Positions 55,461-64,000 of a stretch of DNA of 64,000 nucleotides are shown piece by piece (position 1 is the stretch's first letter; each line of letters opens with the position of its first letter). A program made the translations under genes and the position numbers. The notes under the pieces are model-generated. The model was not told the origin of the DNA. It saw only the letters and a list, made by a program, of their open reading frames with translations, and made no database searches. This DNA comes from a virus: IMG/VR virus record IMGVR_UViG_3300025276_000022, one strand, 5' to 3'.

Positions 55461-57067
55461 TGGCATCCTTCACTAAGAATTCTTATCTGGGAAATCCCCA
55501 AGTTAAACGTGATGGTGTGTCTGAGGAGTGGGATAAGAAGCAACTCCGCGAATACCAGAAGTGTATGAATAACCCTGCTTACTTTTGTAAAAAGTATGTT
55601 AAGGTCGTGCACCTAGATAGAGGTCTAGTACCTTTTAAGTTATATGATTATCAAGAGGAGATGTTTAACCACTTCAATGATAATCGATTCTCCATCGTTC
55701 TTGCTTGTCGACAGTCCGGTAAATCTATATCGTCTGTAGGTTACATCCTATGGTACTCTCTATTCCACCCAGAGAAGACTGTCGCTATCCTTGCTAACAA
55801 AGGTGCGACTGCACGTGAGATGTTATCCCGTGTGACATTGATGTTAGAGAATCTTCCATTCTTCCTCCAGCCTGGATGTAAGGCACTCAACAAAGGGTCT
55901 ATAGAATTCTCTAACAACTCACGAATCATTGCTGCAGCAACGTCTGGGTCTTCTATTCGTGGTATGTCGGTCAACCTATTGTTCCTAGATGAGTTTGCAT
56001 TCGTAGAGAATGCAGCAGAGTTCTACACTTCTACATACCCAGTAATCTCATCTGGTGTTGACACAAAGGTTATCATAACAAGTACCGCAAACGGTATCGG
56101 TAATACTTACCAGAAGATATGGGAAGGTGCAGTACAGAAGGTCAATGAATATAAACCATTCCGTGTGGATTGGTGGGATGTGCCTGGCAGAGATGAGAAG
56201 TGGAAAGCACAAACTATCGCAAACACTTCGCAGTTACAGTTTGACCAAGAGTTTGGTAATACATTCTTTGGTACTGGTAATACTCTTATTGAGGGTCAAG
56301 TACTTCTTGACTTACGTGCTAGAGAACCTATTAGAAGATTAGAAGGTGGTGACCTATTAGTCTATGAAGACACAATCGAAGATCACCAGTATATCATGAC
56401 CGTAGATGTTTGTCAAGGGCGTGGTCAGGATTATTCTACATTTAATATCTTCGATGTTTCGGTACAGCCATTTAAACAAGTCTGCGTTTATCGCAACAAT
56501 AGAATATCCCCGATACTATATCCTAATATCATTTACAAATATGCCACTGCATATAATGAAGCATATGCTGTTATTGAAAATAACGATCAAGGAATGGTGG
56601 TGTGTGTTGGGTTGTATCAAGATTTAGAATATGAGAACATCCACTTAGAGTCAGCAATCAAGGCAGACTCCATTGGTATTCGTATGGACAGAAAGGTTAA
56701 ACGAATCGGGTGTTCGTCTATTAAGGATATCATAGAAAACCATAAACTAGATCTCGTTGATGAGAATACTATTATGGAGGTGTCGACTTTCATATCTAAA
56801 GGAACATCTTTCGAAGCTTCGACTGGTAACCACGATGACTTAATGATGAATCTAGTGATGTTTGGTTATTTTGTTAGCACACAGTCTTTCGGTGATATGA
56901 CCGATGTGAACATAAAACAAATGTTATTTGATCAACGTATGAAAGAGATTGATGACGATGTATTGCCATTTGGGATTTACGACAACGGATTAGATAATAT
57001 TTCTCCCGTCGAGAAAAGCGACCCATATAGCATGGATTGGGCGACATATGACCCCGAAGCTTGGTAA
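55460..57067 (+). CDS. 17: terminase large subunit gp17
   Basis: YLGNP, RQSGKS Walker A, LFLDEFAF Walker B, STANG, HDDL.M nuclease motif. Confidence 0.97.
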   Translation: MASFTKNSYLGNPQVKRDGVSEEWDKKQLREYQKCMNNPAYFCKKYVKVVHLDRGLVPFKLYDYQEEMFNHFNDNRFSIVLACRQSGKSISSVGYILWYSLFHPEKTVAILANKGATAREMLSRVTLMLENLPFFLQPGCKALNKGSIEFSNNSRIIAAATSGSSIRGMSVNLLFLDEFAFVENAAEFYTSTYPVISSGVDTKVIITSTANGIGNTYQKIWEGAVQKVNEYKPFRVDWWDVPGRDEKWKAQTIANTSQLQFDQEFGNTFFGTGNTLIEGQVLLDLRAREPIRRLEGGDLLVYEDTIEDHQYIMTVDVCQGRGQDYSTFNIFDVSVQPFKQVCVYRNNRISPILYPNIIYKYATAYNEAYAVIENNDQGMVVCVGLYQDLEYENIHLESAIKADSIGIRMDRKVKRIGCSSIKDIIENHKLDLVDENTIMEVSTFISKGTSFEASTGNHDDLMMNLVMFGYFVSTQSFGDMTDVNIKQMLFDQRMKEIDDDVLPFGIYDNGLDNISPVEKSDPYSMDWATYDPEAW

Positions 57068-57079
57068 ATTTACAATAAG

Positions 57080-57087
57080 TATAAATA
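57080..57087 (+). promoter_or_regulatory. T4-type late promoter
   Basis: TATAAATA upstream of gp18. Confidence 0.85.
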
Positions 57088-57154
57088 GAACTATTGAGAA
57101 AGAATTCCGTATTATGACTAACTTATTATACCTTAACTAAAGAAGGACACTATC

Positions 57155-58714
57155 ATGACTCTATTATCTTCAGAGTCTCCAGCAGTAACAGTAAGAGAGA
57201 TCGATCTAACAGGCAATGTGCCTGCGGTCACTTCTACTACTGGTGCTATTGTAGGCGAATTTAATTGGGGCCCAGTGAACACACCAGTCTTGATCGGTAA
57301 CGAATCAGAATTGGCGTCTACTTTTGGATCCCCACTATCAGGAGATGCATATGCAGGAGATTTTCTTTCTGCTTCATACTTCCTGAAATACTCTTCAAGC
57401 GCATTTGTAGTTCGCGCAGATCGACCAGACATCCCAGAAGTTCCAGCAGTTCTAGATTCTGACGGAACTGAAGTAACTCCTCTAGTCCCAGCATACCAAG
57501 GTTACAGAAAATCTTCGGCAGGTGTTTTCGAAGCAAAATACTTCGGCAAGCTTGGCGATACAATCAAAATAGATACAGCAGACGCTTCGGCATTCAGTGC
57601 TTGGGCCTATGAAGGTTACTTCACAGCAGCACCACAAGCTAATGAAGTTCACGTTATCGTAATTCAAAACGAAGTCGTTGTTGAAACATACGAATTTGTA
57701 TCCACTATTGCTGGATCTAGAAATCCTAATGGAACTACTAATTTCGTCACAGACGTTATTAATGCAGGATCTTCTTGGATCACTGTTTCCGGAGTTCCAA
57801 CAGCAGGATCATCTACCTTGAGTGGTGGTGACGATGGTGTAGAAGCTGCAGTGACCGAATATGCAGCTGCATTTGATGTATTCCTAAACAAGGAAGCTAT
57901 TCAGATAGATTTCTTAATCTCGCCAGCTGGTGGTCAAGACAAAGCGCAACAAGTACATTTAAAACTTGTTGAGATTGCTACCTCTCGTAAGGATTGTGTT
58001 GCGGTAATTTCCCCAACTATAGGTGATGTTGATGCTATGATATCATACGTTAGCACACTTAATTCACCTTCATCTTACTTGATCGTTGATGGAAACTGGT
58101 TTAAGGTTTACAACAAGTATCAGGATAAGTACGAGTTCATTCCAGCGGCATCTTCTACAGCAGGTGTTATGGCAGCTGCAGACGCAGTCTCTGCTCCTTG
58201 GTTCTCACCAGCAGGTTCACGTCGTGGACAATATCTAGGTGTTACCGAACTGAAGGTTAATCCTAGCAAAACAGAGCGTGATAAATTATACAAGAAGGGT
58301 ATTAATCCAATTGTTAGCATTCCTGGCCAAGGTGTCATGTTATTTGGTGACAAGACTCACCAAACACGTCCATCTGCATTTGATCGCATCAACGTTCGTA
58401 GACTATTCTTAGTTATCGAAAGAGCGATCAGCAAAGCTGGCGAAAACGTAATGTTCGAATTCAACGATGAGTTTACTCGTGCAGAATTCGTAAACATCGT
58501 AGAACCATTCCTACGGGAAATTCAGGGTCGTCGTGGTATCACTGACTTCCGTGTTGTTTGTGATGACACAAATAATACAGCAGAAGTTGTTGACCGCAAC
58601 GAATTCATCGCAACTTGCTTCATTAAACCAGCACGTTCAATCAACTACGTAACCTTAAACTTCGTAGCTGTTAGATCTGGTGTTGAGTTTGAAGAAGTCG
58701 TCGGCACAGTATAA
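57155..58714 (+). CDS. 18: tail sheath protein gp18
   Basis: SP.V.VREIDLT, F.WGP, PWFSPAG..RG, FDRINVRRLF, IKPARSIN...LNFVA. Confidence 0.97.
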   Translation: MTLLSSESPAVTVREIDLTGNVPAVTSTTGAIVGEFNWGPVNTPVLIGNESELASTFGSPLSGDAYAGDFLSASYFLKYSSSAFVVRADRPDIPEVPAVLDSDGTEVTPLVPAYQGYRKSSAGVFEAKYFGKLGDTIKIDTADASAFSAWAYEGYFTAAPQANEVHVIVIQNEVVVETYEFVSTIAGSRNPNGTTNFVTDVINAGSSWITVSGVPTAGSSTLSGGDDGVEAAVTEYAAAFDVFLNKEAIQIDFLISPAGGQDKAQQVHLKLVEIATSRKDCVAVISPTIGDVDAMISYVSTLNSPSSYLIVDGNWFKVYNKYQDKYEFIPAASSTAGVMAAADAVSAPWFSPAGSRRGQYLGVTELKVNPSKTERDKLYKKGINPIVSIPGQGVMLFGDKTHQTRPSAFDRINVRRLFLVIERAISKAGENVMFEFNDEFTRAEFVNIVEPFLREIQGRRGITDFRVVCDDTNNTAEVVDRNEFIATCFIKPARSINYVTLNFVAVRSGVEFEEVVGTV

Positions 58715-58725
58715 GGGGTATAATC

Positions 58726-59250
58726 ATGTCATTAAGAGTAGACGATTTTAAAGCAAAATTAAAAGGTGGTGGTGCACGTCCAAATTTATTCCGTGCAACA
58801 GTTAACTTCCCAGCATACGCTGGCGGTGATGCTGAACTAACTTCTTTCATGTGTAAGGGAGCTCAATTACCAGCTTCTCTTATAAACGTTATCGAAGTTC
58901 CTTTCCGTGGTCGACAGTTGAAGATTGCGGGCGACCGTACATTCGAACCGTGGACAGTTACAGTAATCAACGATACCGATTTCACTACACGTAACGCCAT
59001 GGAAAAGTGGATGAACGGTATGAATGGTCACAGCGCCAATACGGGTATCACTAATCCTGTCGCTTACCAAGCAGACCTAATTGTTGATCAGTTAGATAAA
59101 GATGGTTCGGTATTAAAGACATATAACTTCCGTGGTTGTTTTCCGACAAATGTTTCGGCAATCGATCTAAGTTATGAAACCAATGATACAGTCGAAGAGT
59201 TCACAGTAGAGTTTCAAGTACAATACTGGGAGTCAGATACCACTAGTTAA
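58726..59250 (+). CDS. 19: tail tube protein gp19
   Basis: GGGARPNLF, FRGR.LKIAGDRTF..WTVTV.ND, EEF.V.F..QYW. Confidence 0.97.
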   Translation: MSLRVDDFKAKLKGGGARPNLFRATVNFPAYAGGDAELTSFMCKGAQLPASLINVIEVPFRGRQLKIAGDRTFEPWTVTVINDTDFTTRNAMEKWMNGMNGHSANTGITNPVAYQADLIVDQLDKDGSVLKTYNFRGCFPTNVSAIDLSYETNDTVEEFTVEFQVQYWESDTTS

Positions 59251-59313
59251 TAGTATTATAAGTATATGAAAGGGGGTGGTTCTCCACCCCCAATTTATTA
59301 TTAAGAGGATATT

Positions 59314-60816
59314 ATGGCAGACAACAATTTGTTTAAAGCGTTTGGATTTGAGATAAAGAGATCCAAAACCGCAAACAAGGAAGATGACAAAGCAACTTCT
59401 ATTGTCCCTAAAGTGGATGAGGACGGTGCTGGGTATGTCACTGCCTCTGGTTCTTACTTCGGTCAGTATGTCGACATGGAAGGCACTGGCGCAAAAGATA
59501 ACCAAGAGTTAATTAAAAAATATCGTATTATGGCAGAACACCCAGAGTGTGATGCTGCGATCGAAGATATCATCAACGAATCAATCGTTTCGTCCGAATT
59601 AGAAAGTTCAGTAACTATCAACCTAGATAAGGTTGAAGCTCCCGATAAAATTAAAAAGACTATATCTGAAGAGTTTGATGGTGTTGTATCCATGTTAAAC
59701 TTTGAAGAATATGGTCATGACATGTTCCGTTCATGGTATGTTGACGGAAGATTATATCATCATCTAATAGTTAACGAATCTAATCCTAAAGGGGGTATCT
59801 TAGAATGCCGGCCTGTCGACGCAACCAAGATTCGTAAAGTAAAAGAAGTGCAATACAAAAAGGACGCTAAGACAGGCGCGAAGGTCGTTGATGTAACAAA
59901 CGACTTTTACATCTATCAGGAGCGTGCCGGTGCGAACAACGGTATTAGATTGACACCGGATTCTGTTTCGTATGTCACTTCAGGTCTTCTAGACACCAGT
60001 AAGAAACGCGTACTGTCGTATCTACAGAAGGCAATGAAACCAGTAAACCAACTACGCATGATGGAAGACTCACTAGTCATCTATCGGATGGCCCGTGCAC
60101 CTGAACGTCGTATCTTCTATATTGACGTAGGTAATATGCCTAAAGGTAAAGCAGAGCAACATCTTAAAGACATTATGGCGAGATACCGAAACAAAATCGT
60201 GTATGACGCAAACAGTGGTGAGATCAAAGATGACCGCAAACATATGTCTATGCTCGAAGACTTCTGGTTACCTCGCCGAGAAGGCGGACGTGGCACAGAG
60301 ATAAGTACCTTGCCAGGCGGAGAAAACCTAGGACAGATTGACGATATCATTTATTTCCAAAAGAAGTTATATCGTTCATTGAACGTTCCGTTAAACCGTT
60401 TAGAGCAAGAGTCTCAATTCTCTCTAGGAAGAACCACCGAGATCAACCGTGACGAAGTCAAGTTCCAAAAGTTCATTGACCGTCTACGTAAAAAGTTTGC
60501 TCACTTGTTCCTTGGGATTTTAAAGAAACAACTTATTCTGAAAGCTATATGCACAGAACAAGACTGGGAAGAGTGGAAAAGTCAGATGCAAATCGACTAC
60601 TCCAGAGACAACCACTTTGTTGAGATGAAAGATGCAGAACTACTGCGTGAACGTCTACAGACTATGGATCAAGTATCTAGTTATGTCGGTGAATACTTCT
60701 CACGTGAGTGGGTAATGAAAAACGTAATGATGTTTAATGATGACGATATCGAAGAGATGTCCAACCAAGTTGAAGCCGAGAATGAAAACGGTTCAGACGA
60801 AGAAGAGGAAATGTGA
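59314..60816 (+). CDS. 20: portal protein gp20
   Basis: WYVDGR, NQLRMMEDSLVIYR.ARAPERRIFYIDVGN, EDFWLPRREGGRGTEI. Confidence 0.97.
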   Translation: MADNNLFKAFGFEIKRSKTANKEDDKATSIVPKVDEDGAGYVTASGSYFGQYVDMEGTGAKDNQELIKKYRIMAEHPECDAAIEDIINESIVSSELESSVTINLDKVEAPDKIKKTISEEFDGVVSMLNFEEYGHDMFRSWYVDGRLYHHLIVNESNPKGGILECRPVDATKIRKVKEVQYKKDAKTGAKVVDVTNDFYIYQERAGANNGIRLTPDSVSYVTSGLLDTSKKRVLSYLQKAMKPVNQLRMMEDSLVIYRMARAPERRIFYIDVGNMPKGKAEQHLKDIMARYRNKIVYDANSGEIKDDRKHMSMLEDFWLPRREGGRGTEISTLPGGENLGQIDDIIYFQKKLYRSLNVPLNRLEQESQFSLGRTTEINRDEVKFQKFIDRLRKKFAHLFLGILKKQLILKAICTEQDWEEWKSQMQIDYSRDNHFVEMKDAELLRERLQTMDQVSSYVGEYFSREWVMKNVMMFNDDDIEEMSNQVEAENENGSDEEEEM

Positions 60817-60818
60817 TA

Positions 60819-61076
60819 ATGAGTGAAGTAGAAACAACCCCAACATTAGATTTTGTAAACGCACTTCAAGGTGGAGATTATAATTCTGCACAAGAACTGT
60901 TCAATGGTATCTTAGGTGGTAAAATGCAAGACACCCTAGACGCCGAAAAGGTCGCGGTAGCAGACACTATCTTCAATGGTGTCGAACCAGTTGACATGGA
61001 GATGTCCGACGAAGAAGTGGACGATGTCCTAGGCTCTGAGGTCTCTGAGGAAGAGGATTCGTCAGAAATAGCCTAA
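60819..61076 (+). CDS. prohead core protein (gp67-like)
   Basis: acidic small ORF between gp20 and gp21. Confidence 0.65.
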   Translation: MSEVETTPTLDFVNALQGGDYNSAQELFNGILGGKMQDTLDAEKVAVADTIFNGVEPVDMEMSDEEVDDVLGSEVSEEEDSSEIA

Positions 61077-61095
61077 TTTGGCACGATAAGTTTGT

Positions 61096-61119
61096 TATAA
61101 ATACTTTTTTGTATAAATA
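61096..61119 (+). promoter_or_regulatory. tandem late promoters
   Basis: TATAAATA at 61096-103 and 61112-119. Confidence 0.85.
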
Positions 61120-61139
61120 CTCCTAAACGAGGACTAATT

Positions 61140-61337
61140 GTGAAAACATTTAAAGATTTACGGGAAGCGAAAGATACCGTCGTCTTCAAGAAGAAGATGT
61201 CAGGTTACCCTGTAGTTATCACAAAAACTGCCAAGGGATTTCACCTATCTATTGATGGGGATTCTGTTGACACGTTTAAGTCTCAGAAAGAAGCGGAATC
61301 AACCGCGAAACAAGTCCTCAAAGACTTAGGAAAATAA
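61140..61337 (+). CDS. small prohead core / capsid-targeted protein (gp68 position)
   Basis: MKTFKDLREA resembles the T4 capsid-targeting sequence with a gp21 cleavage-type LxE site; directly upstream of gp21. Confidence 0.65.
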   Translation: MKTFKDLREAKDTVVFKKKMSGYPVVITKTAKGFHLSIDGDSVDTFKSQKEAESTAKQVLKDLGK

Positions 61338-61338
61338 A

Positions 61339-61998
61339 ATGAAACTGATTAGCGAATACGTAGAACACGATGTACAATGCATTGTAGAAGCTAAAGATAA
61401 TGGTGAGAAGAATTACATTATTGAAGGTGTATTTGCACAAGCAGATAAAAAGAATCGTAACGGACGTGTTTACCCGAAAGCCATTATGGCTCGAGCGGTA
61501 ACCAAGTACGTTGATGAACAGGTTAGCAAGAAGAGGGCGGTAGGTGAGTTAAATCATCCTGAAGGCCCAACTGTTAACTTGGATAAAGTTTCGCATCTCA
61601 TCACTGATCTCCGTTTGGAAGGAATTGATGTGGTCGGAAAGGCACAAATATTAGATACCCCTATGGGTAAGATCGTAAAAGGTCTACTTGAGGGCGGTGT
61701 TCAATTAGGTGTGTCAACTCGTGGTATGGGAAGTCTTGAGCAAAAGAATGGCGTCATGTACGTCAAAGATGACTTTATTCTGAATACGGTAGACATTGTA
61801 CAAGATCCAAGCGCCCCTGAAGCTTTTGTTAATGGGATAATGGAAGGCGTAGACTGGGTCTGGAATAACGGCATCTTACAACCTCAAGTCATTGAAGAGA
61901 TAGAGACTGAAATCAAGCAAACTCCGATTGCGCATCTTCCAGAAGTGCAGATTCGGGAATTCAAGAATTTCCTCTCGTTAATCAAATCTAAACTATAA
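61339..61998 (+). CDS. 21: prohead protease gp21
   Basis: MKLISE, IEGVF.Q...KNRNGRVY, GEL.HP, GVS.RG.GS, D.V.DPSAP.AFV. Confidence 0.97.
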   Translation: MKLISEYVEHDVQCIVEAKDNGEKNYIIEGVFAQADKKNRNGRVYPKAIMARAVTKYVDEQVSKKRAVGELNHPEGPTVNLDKVSHLITDLRLEGIDVVGKAQILDTPMGKIVKGLLEGGVQLGVSTRGMGSLEQKNGVMYVKDDFILNTVDIVQDPSAPEAFVNGIMEGVDWVWNNGILQPQVIEEIETEIKQTPIAHLPEVQIREFKNFLSLIKSKL

Positions 61999-62008
61999 GG
62001 AGTCATCT

Positions 62009-63052
62009 ATGACTGATCTTAATAAACAAGTCGAAGCTGAACTTCACGAATCTGATATTAACGAAATCGTGGAGGAAACTCTCGAAGAAGCACAAGCTCC
62101 TGCATCTAAAGGTGTATCGACCGACGGCCAGGAAGTTTCTGAGCCAGAGTCAATCGCATCTGTAGATAAAGCAGCCGACGCAACTTCTAAGGCTTCATTA
62201 CCAAAAACTAAGGCAGGTATGATCAATGCGATGTACCAGTCCTTAAATAAAATGAAAAAGGGCGACCTCACGGCAGCCTATTCGAAGATGATGGAAGGTA
62301 TTGACCTAGAAGACGTTATTGCGGAAGAGGCTAACACTCAGTCTGAACTTGCAGCAATCGTTGACGGTGAAGCAACTCTGTCAGAAGAGTTCAAAGAAAA
62401 GACATCTTTAATTTTTGAAGCAGCTGTTAAAACTAAGCTGTCTGAAGAAGTTACTCGTCTTGAAGAGCAGTACACCGAAGAACTTGCAGAAGAAGTCAAT
62501 TCGATTAAAACTGACCTAGTCGGTAAAGTCGATTCTTACCTAAACTACGTTGTTGAATCTTGGATGGAAGATAACAAGTTAGCGATCCACTCCGGTCTTC
62601 GTACCGAAATCGCTGAAGGGTTTATGGAAAAAATGAAAGACGTGTTTACAGAGTCTTACATTGATGTTCCAGAGTCTAAGGTAGACCTAGTTGATGAATT
62701 AGCATTACAAGTAGAAGAGTTAGAAGAAAAACTAAACTCAACTACAGGTGACGCGATTCAACTTGCTGAAGAACTAGAATCTTACAAGCGTGATTCAATC
62801 ATTGCTGAAGCTTCTCGTGGACTAGCAGACACACAAGCGGAAAAGTTAAAAGGACTATTAGAAACAGTTGAATTTGAAAGTGAAGAAACATTCACCGCCA
62901 AAGTAACTACTGTTAAAGAGTCATACTTTTCAAAAGAAATCCCTGAGCAACTCGAAGAATCTGCAGCCTCTGATGACGCTGAAGAAGAAATCGAAGTATC
63001 TTCCTCTATGGAAGGGTACATCTCTGCTCTAAGAAAAACCTCTAAGAAATAA
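62009..63052 (+). CDS. 22: prohead core scaffold gp22
   Basis: LSEEFK.K...IFEAAV, VDSYL.YVVE.W, KESYF, M..Y. Confidence 0.93.
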   Translation: MTDLNKQVEAELHESDINEIVEETLEEAQAPASKGVSTDGQEVSEPESIASVDKAADATSKASLPKTKAGMINAMYQSLNKMKKGDLTAAYSKMMEGIDLEDVIAEEANTQSELAAIVDGEATLSEEFKEKTSLIFEAAVKTKLSEEVTRLEEQYTEELAEEVNSIKTDLVGKVDSYLNYVVESWMEDNKLAIHSGLRTEIAEGFMEKMKDVFTESYIDVPESKVDLVDELALQVEELEEKLNSTTGDAIQLAEELESYKRDSIIAEASRGLADTQAEKLKGLLETVEFESEETFTAKVTTVKESYFSKEIPEQLEESAASDDAEEEIEVSSSMEGYISALRKTSKK

Positions 63053-63063
63053 GGAATAATAAA

Positions 63064-64000
63064 ATGAACAAATCATTTGATCAATTGATCGAAAAATGGT
63101 CACCAGTTCTTAATGAAGAGTCTGCTGGCAAAATTACTGACTATCAGCGTAAAGCTGTAACAGCTCAAGTACTAGAAAACCAAGAACGTGCACTTATGGA
63201 AGAGCGTTCAGCTTCACAAGGTTTCTTAACTGAAACTGCAACAAACGCAACTGGTTCTGGCGTTAACAACTGGGATCCAGTTTTGATCTCTCTAGTCCGT
63301 CGTTCAATGCCTAACCTAATGGCATATGACGTATGTGGCGTTCAGCCAATGTCAGGCCCAACTGGTCTCATCTTCGCGATGAAGTCACGTTACACTGCAC
63401 AAGACGGTTCTGAAGCACTATTCAACGAAGCAGACTCTGCATTCTCTGGATCAGCTTCAAGCACACAATCTGGCGATTCGTCAGGTCTTTCTGGTTTTGA
63501 TGCAGCAGCACAAACTGGTCGTTCTGTAGATGCAGCCGGTCGCCCAATGGGTACTTCTGTTGCTGAATCTCTAGGAAATACTGGCCCAGCATTCGCAGAA
63601 ATGGGTTTCTCAATCGAGAAGCAATCTGTTGTTGCTAAGTCACGTGCTCTTAAAGCAGAATACTCTCTAGAACTAGCACAAGATCTTAAAGCAATCCACG
63701 GTCTTGACGCTGAAACTGAACTTGCTAACATTCTTTCTACTGAGATCCTTGCGGAAATCAATAGAGAAGTTATCCGTACAATTAACACTCAAGCAGTGTT
63801 AGGTGCACAACAAGCTTCAGTAGCACAAAATGGTGTATTCGACCTAACTACAGACGCAGACGGACGTTGGTCAGCAGAGAAGTTTAAAGGTCTAGTAATT
63901 CAATTAGATCGTGAAGCAAACCAGATCGCTAAGACAACTCGTCGTGGTAAGGGTAACATCGTTATCTGTTCTTCTGACGTTGCTACTGCTCTTGCTGCTT
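63064..64000 (+). CDS. 23: major capsid protein gp23 (3' end truncated by window)
   Basis: ATG 63064; KWSPVL, LENQ, DPVLISLVRRSMPNL.A..VCGVQPM.GPTGLIFAM, AKSRALKAEYSLELAQDLKAIHGLDAE. Confidence 0.97.
   Translation, partial: MNKSFDQLIEKWSPVLNEESAGKITDYQRKAVTAQVLENQERALMEERSASQGFLTETATNATGSGVNNWDPVLISLVRRSMPNLMAYDVCGVQPMSGPTGLIFAMKSRYTAQDGSEALFNEADSAFSGSASSTQSGDSSGLSGFDAAAQTGRSVDAAGRPMGTSVAESLGNTGPAFAEMGFSIEKQSVVAKSRALKAEYSLELAQDLKAIHGLDAETELANILSTEILAEINREVIRTINTQAVLGAQQASVAQNGVFDLTTDADGRWSAEKFKGLVIQLDREANQIAKTTRRGKGNIVICSSDVATALAA

Noticed and set aside
52632-64000. Introns, inteins or homing endonucleases in gp17/gp18/gp20/gp23
   Set aside because: ORFs are continuous and of ordinary or compact length; no such insertions seen.
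1-64000. tRNA or rRNA genes, integrase, invertase-type fibre switching
   Set aside because: Intergenic gaps are short and AT-rich with no cloverleaf noticed by eye; no recombinase ORF or inverted fibre cassettes.

Overview
This window is a 64-kb segment of a T4-like myophage genome, probably marine with a gammaproteobacterial host judging from its IscU. It runs from gp33/gp32 through a leftward baseplate-hub/head-completion block (tape-measure-like, gp51, gp26, gp54-like, gp2, gp4) and a rightward baseplate block (gp48, gp53, hub, gp5, gp25, gp6, gp7-like, gp8). A ~35-kb fibre/appendage region follows, then the neck-terminase-tail-head block gp13-gp23 (gp23 truncated by the window end). TATAAATA late promoters, sigma70-type promoters and hairpin terminators punctuate it. 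Main finding: two large putative virion proteins (35607-39422 and 21539-25759) are built from tetrapeptide units whose outgoing and returning halves are mirror-complementary about a central turn. In the first, 96 consecutive tetrads are in exact register, and every R/S-initiated tetrad (43/43 by hand count) faces an (F/Y)xGx tetrad; 2-residue bulges are also matched. This reads as a self-complementary protein hairpin with a pairing code, predicted to form a ~490-residue-per-arm antiparallel beta needle. Cross-apex direct repeats suggest growth by whole-hairpin duplication, and glycosyltransferase and oxygenase-like genes lie nearby. Other findings: an iscU cassette flanked by a 14-bp direct repeat that displaced the original 3' end of the upstream gene, and two paralogous four-gene fibre modules with lambda-J-like C-termini. 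All family calls come from motif recognition and synteny; no searches were run.
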